NCBI GenBank assembly: GCA_015680685.1
Contig: MNCI01000673.1
Span: 434,253-498,252 of the forward strand
Source: Gnetum montanum
Taxonomy: Eukaryota; Plantae; Gnetophyta
Reading direction: 5' to 3'
Length of the DNA: 64,000 bases
Under the pieces are notes generated by a model. That model was not told the origin of the DNA and did not search any database. It worked only from the letters and a program-made list of their open reading frames with translations. The position numbers were made by a program, and so were the translations under genes. Positions 27,601 to 37,891 of this stretch are shown here, piece after piece; position 1 is the stretch's first letter, and each line of letters begins with the position of its first letter.

Positions 27601-28165
27601 TACTTCCCATTTTCTTAAAGACAATTACGATGTTGGACACCCAGTCTGAGTAATTGACCGTGCGAATTAAACCAGCCTGATACAACTTGGTGATTTCATT
27701 ACACATTGCTAGCACAATTTTTGGCTTAATATTTTTTGCCTTATGTCTAATTGGTTTGATGCATGGATCTAAAATTATGTTATGCTGTATTAATCTCGAG
27801 TTTAGACCCGGCATGTCTTCATATGACCACGCGAATATGGCAACATTATTTTGGAGAAATCATGTTATGTCACTTTACATCTATTGGTCTAGGAGAGAAC
27901 TAACCCTAAGAGTTTTATTTTCACCCTTGTGCATAACCATAGGGACCTCGCTGAGAGTGTCCTTAGTTACATCACCAGCCTCTAGGTCAAGTGTTCGGGC
28001 CAGATGTTCTGGCTAGTCCAGGGATGTTTCCAATGTTGCTATGGTTGCATCGTAAATGGAAAGGTTCGTTCCTACTAGCGTGTGATTGAACTGCCTAATG
28101 ATCTTCCCATGTGGTCCTGTCACGGCTAAGGGTGCAGATAAAGCTACGTCCATTTGCGAATGGCC
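24686..28165 (-). pseudogene. pol: pol of B: RT, degenerate native RNase H, archaeal-type RNase H (aRH), integrase
   Basis: FAWSYEDMPG; LSFMDGFLGYNQI, MPFGLKNAG, YVDN; RH FYIYLA..PIYYLS; aRH LYFDGAS, NNMAEYE, GDS, HVPRNENVVADALA; INT H-H-C-C, WPFQRWGL, YYPQENGQ, GPY/F-like WEGTF; stop at 24686-24688. Confidence 0.95.
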
Positions 28166-28748
28166 CTGCAAAATCACCAAAAAAAGAAGTTGTTACATTG
28201 TCTTCCTGCGAATCTTTTGAATGATAAAGAAATACGTGTTTCTGCATCAAAATTACGTGTTAAAGAAGTTTCCAGTTTAAGGTCTTAGTGGACCATTAGA
28301 AATACGCACAGTTTGTAAAAAGAAATGACAAGCTAGGCTTCCTAGATGCTAGCGTATGAAATAGGATGCAAGATGTAACGTGGTGTGTCTAGTGTGTCAA
28401 AATAATTGGATTTGAAATTTTGTATAGATAGTAGTTAATGCGACTAGATTATGAGGTCATGAGCTATGTATTAGTTTAAGGTTGTTTCAGACCGTAACTC
28501 GTGAAATATCTACAAAATTAATGCCCTGATCTTCACGTTTCATGTCATACTGACACCAGCGTTTCGGGAAAGTTCCACGTTGATCAAGCAGAAAAAATCA
28601 GTTAGTTTCAAGCATTTTGTTTATAAACCAGTGGTTCATACTCAAAATAGGTTACCGATATCGTGAATTTGGATCTAGCTATAGCAAGAAGGGAGTGTAA
28701 GGAAAGTGTGAGCAGAGGACTTTACGAAGATTTTGTTCGATTGCAGCC

Positions 28749-31700
28749 ATGGCACCAAAGGTCAAAATAAAGAATGCCAAGTTGGCTAGGATTGATGAAG
28801 TGCAAGAGAGTCTGCAGTGGGCTTCACAGGCTAGAGTAGAGGCTCGGGAAGTTGCTCCGCTTAACTGGTAAATCGTCGTCTACCCCTTTGCACTATTGTC
28901 ACATTTGTTACAGCGTCGTAGTTGTTTTTATTTTAAATATACATGTTACATCGGGCGTTAATGTTTGTTTACACGAGCTGGCCTATTGTGGTTTATGAAA
29001 GTTTAGGGAGTATGGAGTAATGCTATGTAGATGTAATGTATAGCTGAAAAAAAATCTAGGTACTATATCCATGCGTGGCATAATTGGAGTCCTATTTTCC
29101 TTTCCTTTTTATCATTTGTAATAGTTATCTGGTATGCTGGGATAATACGCAATGTTGTTTTCATCACTATTGTCAAGGACAGACCTTGAGCTGTTGCAAG
29201 GGTTTGGGCAATTTTGGTCATGCATCTCCAGTGTACTTTGTAATTTTCTGAGAATCATGCGAACCTTGGTGTAGCATGATGAATGTTTCTATCTAAATAG
29301 TTTGTTTGACAGTAATACGTTTTTTTTATCATATAGTATTATGCTAAATCCTGTCCTAATTGATTTGGACATCGTGGGTGTTCTATGCTGCATTAATGTT
29401 CCCGCGGCCAATGTTCCTCCTCCTCATGCTCGTATAAAGGAGGAGGCAGTATGGTTCCGAAGGGACCGGGATTTTTTGCAATTTTTGCTTCATAATTACA
29501 GCGTAATCATCTGGTCACATCTACTAGGCGATGAAGCTACTGCTATTTTAGAGATGCTATTGGTTGGTTCGACATAGAGCATCTTGGCATTTTTGTTAGA
29601 CGATGCGATCAAAACTGTGTGTGTGCAAGATTGCAAACAGAGTGCCAGGGGTTTGAGGCATTTGGGCTAGATCTAGGAGATTCCTAGGTTTAACTGCTAC
29701 CACACCTATAACACTTTGTTCATGGCTCATCATCTCACAACCTACTTTCAGAATCCACCTGGTACCGTGCATTATGTGGGCGGGTAATTTTTATTTCGCT
29801 TCGCAGTATTGTAATGTGCTAACTACTGTTTAAATGTGTGTTGAGCGTAAAGGGATTATCTATGGTGTAGATTTTTCATCAATGAAAGCGATCTTCTAGG
29901 CAATAATGATACATTGTCGTTGGCCGAAAGGGCTATAGGGGAGTTTACCTCTATTAGCAATGTACGAGCTGCCTTCATGGAACAACTGGCATTCGAGATC
30001 CCAAAATACCCTACCCATTATGCCGACTTCTTTTCTAGATGCAAGAAACTTGGATGGCTGGATAGGGAATGGACTTTGGATCCTCCCCTCACCATTGTAG
30101 ATGTGCGAAGGAAAATTCCTCCATTTCCTTTACCTTTTGGGCCTGGTAAGCTTTATCATGATGATGAATTGTGTCAATGTTATCAGTTGGTGTCATCTTA
30201 ACTATTGTTTCGTGTTAGCAGTTCGGGAATCACAGGAGATTACGATCATGACCTATGGTCGTGAGGCCAACAGTCTTCTCTTTCATTATGGTGATATAAA
30301 GGAGGCCCGACATTGGCTCAGCCATAGAGCAACCCCAATTATGGTAACCAATAACCTTCAAGAAGCTAGACTAATGGACCTTTTCTTGGCCATAACCCCT
30401 GATGCTATTGCAGGCGAAAGGTTGACCCTAGTCAACTCCTTCAGTGAAGAAGCTGAGCGTCTCTGCATACACATGTGTAATGTGCACGTAAATTTTGACA
30501 TTGATGCTCAACTATTTCCTAATCTCTTCGTCATTCCCTCTGATGATTTTCCTATAGATGAAAAATCAAAGAGGAGTGCCAAGTACTAGCAAGAGATAGA
30601 GGAGTGGCTAGGGGTTAAGAAGAAAGTTAAAGGAATCCCCATTGAAAGGATCGAGTTGGAGGTAGCCCATACTATTTACCCTCTTTTTCGGGCCTGGGCC
30701 TTCCCTAAGACACTCTTACAAGGGAGATTTTTCACCATTGAGCAGGCCCGGATTATGCGAGAGGTCCTAGAGGGGACATAATTCAATTGGGCGAGCTATT
30801 TTGCCGAAGGCTTGTACGTGGAGATGGTAAGGCTTCACAAGAAGCTTGAGTCTCACTTCAACGTGCATTTCACCTTCTTCATAGCTTGTTTTTGGTGTTT
30901 TGTCAAATTTTTGGTAGTCTAGAGGAATGGGGTTTGGGTGCAACAAGACCACAGTTAGATTTCCAAACCATGGATTTCCCATGTCTTCGGCACTATTCGG
31001 TCGCAAGACCCTCTTGAAGGGATCGGGGAGTCGCTATCGGTAACAACTAGAAGTATGGTGGCACCTCGAATGTCGGGCCAAGATAGCGTGGGTGGGGCAC
31101 CCACCTCTTACACTGGTGATGTATCGAGGGGGAAGCATCTAGCCGCTGAGATAGTGAATTCATCAGTGCCACAGAAAAAGCCTTGTTTGACCGAGGAATC
31201 TACCGAACTAGCGGGTGGCATGGGGAAGAAAATGCAAATTAGGATTCAGAGGAGTAATCCTCCAGGCGGTAAGTAGTGAAATGTACTAATGGTCATGATT
31301 TATGTAGAGACATCGTTGCATAGCGTAATATTCGTTGAACAAAAGTGAAATCTTATGTTAACTAGCTATGTTGCATGACAATGAAGGAAAGGGTTGTGAA
31401 ATGGTTGACCCTTGAAATAGGGGTTATAGTCTTATAGCATAGAGAAGGGGCCTTAGTTTTTGAAGAGGATGCCCCAATCAATAAGATGGGGAGTGAACAA
31501 GCTCCTGTGCAGGAAGAGGAAGTAGCAGTTGAGGATGCCGAAGTTCTTTCGGCTGGGACTAGACAATGCAAGTGGTTTGTTACTCGATAAAATTAATTCT
31601 TACAGCATAGTAGGCTTTAGACAAATTCGAAAGGTTGTGCTGGTCATCGTAATGTCTTAGTCATGTCCTCATATGAAATGTATTCTGCGTAACAGGTGAC

Positions 31701-33053
31701 CAGAGCGTACACTTGGCAATAGTGGCGACTCGATCTTGAGGTGAATTTCTTGATAAATTCACCTTCATGGAAGGCATCATCCAAGACATGATCAGTTGCT
31801 TAGAGCAAATTGATCCTGAAGCTGGTACGTTACAGTCATTATGCAGAAATTATTTTACTGTTGCATTACACTACCTAATTATGCCAAACTATTATTTTAT
31901 GCTATTAGGAGCTCGCCTCAGATGGGATCCATCAGAGCCTATCGATTTAGATGCCACCGAACCCCCATCAGAAGTGATCGTCGTGCCATGCAACATTTAT
32001 GATGAGATGCGTAAATGTACCGTACGCTCGACTCGCTCCTTATGGAAATGTCAAAGTGTAAACGAGGACATTTGGAAGAGGTTGCAAAGGTCGGAGAAGG
32101 AGAAGGTTGCTCTACATGATGAGGTTGGGGATTTAAGATTACGGAATGAATTCCTGTAAGCCCAAGGAATGGGAAGGAAGGATTGGAGGTTAGCTATTGT
32201 TGACTATGCCAGTTATTGGAGTGTCATCAGGAACAGTGTCCAAACTAGCTATGAACTGGTCGAGTAGTGTATGCAAATGGACCTCATAGCTTAGAAGAAC
32301 TAGGACTAGAAGGACTTTAGTGCGAGTATGCAAGAGTGGGGGTAGACGTAAAAAGATCATAAATAGGTCTACAAACAAGAAAGTGCTACCTATCGTCAAC
32401 ATTATACGGACTCTTCTATTGAGGCTCAGTCCCTTCGGCTATTCCTTGACGTTATTGGTGCTTCCAAAGCATTTGAAAAGTTCCAGGAACAAGTGACAAT
32501 GAGTGCCTCTCCAGAAAGGGAAGTGACTCTTCTTGGAGGTGAGACTACCGTCCCTTCTCTCTTTTCCAAACCATCTCGATCGACTCCCATGGAAAAGGGA
32601 AACGTAAAGGCTGGAACTAATCTAGGAGATGAGGTTTGGTCTGAGCTCATCGAGGATGAAATCATGCAACATCTGTGGATTGGCTTAGAACAAGTTGCAA
32701 TCCACAGACGTTGCATGATGCTAAACCATCATAGGCAAGTTGCAATATTATTGCATTTTTGTTATACTTAGTTTTGATGACGATGTTAATATATGTATCA
32801 TGTTTGGTCGCAGGAGCGACTTGAGGAGAATCCTCAGCAGGGTGAAGCTAACGAGGGTGGTGGTCCTCATGAAGAGGGTTTACAGGAAATAGAGTGTAAT
32901 GGAGCTAGTTGATGCCATGGTGAACAACCACCCACTGAAGAGCCTCACGAAGGGGTCCCTCATGCAAAGGGTGGCCCCTATGAGGATGACCTCCTTGAAG
33001 TAGAAGTTGAACTGGGAGATACAGGAGATAGTGGTAACAAGGGAGACATGTAG
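28749..33053 (+). pseudogene. Antisense 8-exon cargo gene of B: FCP1/NIF HAD-like domain, plant transposon helical domain, coiled coil, acidic tail
   Basis: Exons 28749-28867, 29337-29783, 29871-30145, 30219-31268, ~31400-31567 (acceptor uncertain), 31696-31824, 31909-~32733, 32814-33053; phases checked by hand are compatible for introns 1-3 and 6; ATG GCA CCA AAG start; scattered premature stops. Confidence 0.85.
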
Positions 33054-33374
33054 CGTGGCTGAATTAGCCTCGGATTTTATTATGGTGTAACGAAACAAGA
33101 GGCAATATTTTTCTTTTAACGTATTTGATACAAATTTTGGTGTTAATTTTGATGGTCTTCTTTGTTGTATTCCTTTTATGTAAAGCATGAGTAGGATTGT
33201 AGGTTTTGACGTTATGGTAAATCATAATTAGTTTTAAGAGTGGTGTTAATGCGGTTACTAGTTTGAAACCATTGTGGACTACTAAATTGTTCAAATGTAA
33301 AGTGTAAATGAAATTGTTATTTTATAGCCTTTTGGACTTTTGAGTAGTGCATGGGTAAGGTGTGATTGAAATAG

Positions 33375-33770
33375 ATAGTTTAAAGCTATTGCAAGCCATA
33401 GATAGTTTAAGGCCATTTTAGGCCATGGATAGTTTAAGGCCATTTCAGGCCCTTGCTATATGAGTGAAGGAATCAAATAAACATTAAGTTGCTAGTTTTA
33501 AGCCATGGCAGGCTATGATTAGTTTTATGCCATTTTGGTCCATGGATAGTTTAAGGTACAAAGTGTAAACTAAATCCAAGTACAAAGCATAAATTAGATT
33601 TAGGTAAGAAGCATAAATTAGATTTAGGTATAGAGCGTAAATGAAATTTGGGTTCCAAGCATAAATGAGATTCAGATACAAAGCGTAAATGAAATTTGGA
33701 TTCCAAGAGTAAATGAGATTTAGATACAAAGCATAAATGAAATTTCTAGTTTAAGGCCATTTCGGGCCTT
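33375..33770. repeat. Tandem repeats: ~27-bp ATAGTTTAAGGCCATTT units and ~8 x 24-bp GC(G/A)TAAATGAAATTTAGATACAAA-like units
   Basis: Visible periodicity; also produces the 8-aa periodic spurious ORF 33484-33729. Confidence 0.85.
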
Positions 33771-33945
33771 TGAGTGATAGGAGTAAGGAAGATAACTGGT
33801 GGAAACATAAACATAAACATGAAGATAAACATGGGCATAATGAGACTAGCTAGTGGAAAGCATAAATACATGTGTAAATTATAATTGGTAAACGTGAATA
33901 GAATAGATGATGGAACTGTAATAGTCGGACAACATCATTTACCGA

Positions 33946-36900
33946 CTAACTTTGCAGTTGTTTCTTAATTGCTTTGATCTTTAATGGTGCATAAGGATGG
34001 GAAGATTTATGGCCCTTTTCCTTCACATCACCATCTTCTCCTTGGAATGGTAGCTCAGCCCAAATTAGGCTGTCATCAACCACTGTTTCGGCTTGCTCAG
34101 GTATTTGGACAGGGGATTGATTCTTAGGCATTTCGATTTCTGATCCTTGTTCTGTTTCTATGTTATTAACAGCCTAAGGGGTTATTTCATCACCATGGAT
34201 AACCACTTCTTCTCTTGTGTAAGGAAAATGGATTTCCTGAGGGATGGGTGATGAAACTGCCCTCAGTTGGGCTAACCAAGACCTCCCAAGGATCAAATTA
34301 AATCTAGGAATCTCCTCAACAACAATAAATGTAGCATCTGTGGGGAACTGGTCCCCTGTCATAAAGTTGATGTGGATCGTCCCTTTGACCTGCACTCATG
34401 CCCCATTGAACAACTTTAGGCATGATGTTGTTGTAGGACTGATATGATTGATCAAGACTAATTTATCCACTATGGTATAAGGGATGACATTAGTGGCCGC
34501 CCCATCATCTACATGTACCCTCTGTATTCAGTGTTGGCCGACCCGGATGGTGATGAACATAGGTTCCGTTGTCACCTGATCTTCAAGATTGTCCTTAATG
34601 GATTCATCGTGAAAGGTCAACAGGGTAGGATTAGTTTTTTTAGCGGTGGGGGGAAGCATGATAGAATGGATTGCTTCTTCATCTACCGGAAGGCTTTCAT
34701 CCATAGGTATGGTTTTTAGCATGTGAACCACAGCCTCACGATGTGTCTGCGACGTCATGAGCAAGTCCTAAAGGCTCAATGTTGTATTTTTTTGTTTCAA
34801 AGCCTATTCGACTTGTGCCAGGGCATCGAAGAGATCCTGCCCATGATTGGGCTATTTGTCACCCTTTTCCTCCTCCATTCACCCTAAGAGGTAAATTTCA
34901 TGGGGAGGAGTGACATTTGGCTGAGGGTTGCGTTTCCTTTGACTGGGAGGAGATAGTTGCATTCGTGTGACCTTGTCATCTTTAGTAAGTGGGGCAAAGG
35001 GTACAGAAGTGAGGGGTTGAGGTTTGGGAAACCTTAGAGTAAGAGGGTCCTTGGCCGTATCAATAGTACGAGAGGTTGATTTAGAAGATTGGCTCCCTGA
35101 TGACTAAGGATGCCCTGGATGTGGGCACGGGTTGGGCTATGGCTTTAATGACAAGGGGCTATCGGGAAGCATTCTGAAAAAGATTTCAAAGGATGAAAGG
35201 CTGCCTTGGAGCATCACTCATTGGTGCTAATAGACCTATTATTTGGGGCAAGTGAGGATGTGTTCACAACACGAAAGGTCATTTCGGCTACACCTGATTA
35301 TCGCCCTCTTCCCCTATCATGTTGATTATGTACCCTACGTTATTTTCATTCAACGAGTCTTGGTACACATGCATGGCCTAGTTTTCTAGACGTTTTGGGA
35401 TATTGCTATTTAAGATCAAGTCACTTGATCTATCAGACGCTAAATGTCATCCTTGAATGCCCAGTAGTAGTCCGTGTCATGGCCACACAATTGGTGGTAG
35501 TCGCAGAACCGGTCCAACTTAAATTTTTTGGGCACTGGCGGTTCATTAGGTTGGGCCAAAGAAGGGTTCTTGAGTAGCTTACGATGGAATCTGTGACATT
35601 TTAGAGCCACCTTAGACACCATCTTGTGTTGAATGTGTCCTGTTCCCAGTAATTTTTTGAGGAGTTCAGATGCCTTCACAGGTAAGGTCGCATAGTTTGA
35701 ACGATCCTTACACTCAAATTTAGGTCTCAGCTGTGGAGGTGCTTCAGGGGTAGAAGGAGTTTCTTGATTAACACCGTTTGAGCTAGTTGTTGGTTTAGCA
35801 GGCTCTATGGGTGTTTTCTTGTTATTATTCTTCTTCTTGGCCCCTTCAGCAACCGTCACAACTATAGTCATCGTGGCTTTGCCTTTGTCCTTACCTTTGC
35901 TATGAGCATTCTTGTAGACCACATACGTTGGGTCTTTGCTAGCCTCCACCACATCTTGAATACTCTTAGTTTGAGCAAAGGCTTGGCTGAGGGGGTGGGG
36001 AGTGAGGTAATACAGTTTAGACTTGATAAAGTCATTAACTACTCCCTTGAAGATTGCCAATAGATGGGCTTCTGCGATGGGTTCGTGGATTTCATTCAAG
36101 GTGGCACTCCACCACTGTATGAACTTTTGGACAAGCTCAAGTGGGTCTTGCTTAACTCCCATGAGTTGATCTAGTATGACTTTCGTCTTTAATTTATATT
36201 TAAAATAGGTCACAAACTGAGTTAACGACTCCTCCAAAGTTGAAATGGAGGCACGTGGGAGGGATCAATACCAGTCTAGAGCTTTAGTCATTAAGGACAT
36301 AGCAAAAACACAAATTATAGTGTGTGGCCATTATTGCAATAATAAGGATTCTGACCTGAAAGTGACTAGGTGGACGTTGGAATAACCTTCCCCATTGTAT
36401 TTTGTGAAATGGGGAAGGGGCATCCCCAGTGGTAGTGACAGGACAGGGACTGCTAGACTAATAAGATCGTCATAGTAGAAATCCATGACTTGTATCATGT
36501 CAGAACCAATAGCTTTGAGACACTTGACCTCTTCTATAAGGGTTTGAATGTGCTGAAAAGCTTGGTCAAGACCCATAGGCAACAAAGCTATTTGTGGAAT
36601 GGCATGCAGAGCTACACCAGGTTGCGCAACAGAGGCGGTAGCTTGGCTGATGGTCGGTGCTATCAGGATGATCCTTGCAAGTGGTGCTACTTGTGGCATC
36701 CACCATCTGGTAGCTAGTGCAGATGGGGTGATCATTGTTGGCTGTGCCATTGGATATGCTACTTGTGTAGCCTGGGGCACAGACAATGATCTTGCAATGG
36801 GGTTTAACACCCTTGGGACATGGCTTTGGAAATGGGGATGATGGGCTATTTGTGCAAGATGCACAGCGAGAGACATGTTGGGAGCCCACCATGCTATGGT

Positions 36901-37634
36901 AGCCGTCTCAATCATGTGAGTCCGGAGCAAGGTTGGTATTGTAGGTAATTACGAGATAGGTGTTGCATGTACATGCGGCAACGTAGGTGCAGGCACACGA
37001 TGAGGTGGGTTAGGTAATTGCGCTTGCTGAGAAATGATCTATGATGGACTGTCGCCTGGGAAGATAGTTAGAGAGAGAAAATGTAAGCACGGTGAATGGG
37101 GGACTCGATTGGTGTTAGATAACGTCAAAGGCATGGTGACCATGAACAATGGATTTACATGAGATGTTGTGGAAGGAGGGGCCATGATGAAATTAGCATG
37201 ACTACCCCCTTCAGAGTGAGAGTCTAGATCGTCTTGCCCATCGTGAAGCATTTCATCACGAAACAAGACATCTAGTTGTTCTAGCGATGTCTTCACCATC
37301 AGCATTTGATCTAGGATCCACTTTTGTTGCTCTATCAGGGGTATGACAGTACTAGACGTAGGAATGAGTTTCTTCCCGTTGCAGTACATGAACTTGTACT
37401 CTCGTTTTCCTTGAGTTCTTATGGATACATAGGCAGGTTTGCTGTCAATTTAGCACAAAGGAAATTGTAGCTTTCCTTGCACTGAGCATGTCCCTCAGGC
37501 TCCTTATTTTGTAGTCTAAGGGAGCGGTGTGGTCACATTGGACTAAGTGGTTGCTCGACCATAGGAGGCATGACTTGCATGGTCCAAGGGTTCTCAAGGC
37601 TGGTGGTGTCAACGACGGTAGTTGATGTAGTCAT
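33946..37634 (-). pseudogene. gag: gag-protease of B
   Basis: LPHFTKYNGEG; FCDYHQLCGHDTDY; RVHVDDGAATNVI; FNLILGRSWL; ends KAIKKQLQS-TAG. Confidence 0.92.
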
Positions 37635-37867
37635 TCTCTACTCAGTTGGTGAATAATGATGATAAGGACAAATATGGCAAGAGTAGAGGCAAACTAAAAT
37701 AATAATCAGGGCTTTCTATCTTGTAGGATTCCAAAGGAATCATTGCAAGGACCGATCTGCACCGCACAACCTCGTAAATAACCTCGGAGGTATTACGTTT
37801 ACGTTTGATTGTCAATGGGTACAGACAGCTTACAAGACTACCCGTAACATGTGGGTCAGATATGAAG

Positions 37868-37885
37868 GCCCTCCTTTTAGCACCA
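37868..37885 (-). promoter_or_regulatory. PBS of B (tRNA-Asn type)
   Basis: Minus strand TGGTGCTAAAAGGAGGGC, 6-nt spacer from LTR. Confidence 0.85.
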
Positions 37886-37891
37886 GAAAAC

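Noticed and set aside
29358-29385. DLDIV read as an intact DxDx(T/V) catalytic motif of an active phosphatase
   Set aside because: Alignment on the following GxL places only the second Asp at the nucleophile position, copy C lacks both Asp, and motif IV DD is missing in both copies; activity cannot be claimed.
28749-33053. Cargo gene as an ordinary host gene or an independently nested TE
   Set aside because: It lies between matched LTRs, occupies the same position in A, B and C, and shows no boundaries of its own.
33484-33729. ORF with 8-aa periodicity (YALYLNLI)
   Set aside because: Translation artefact of a 24-bp tandem repeat.
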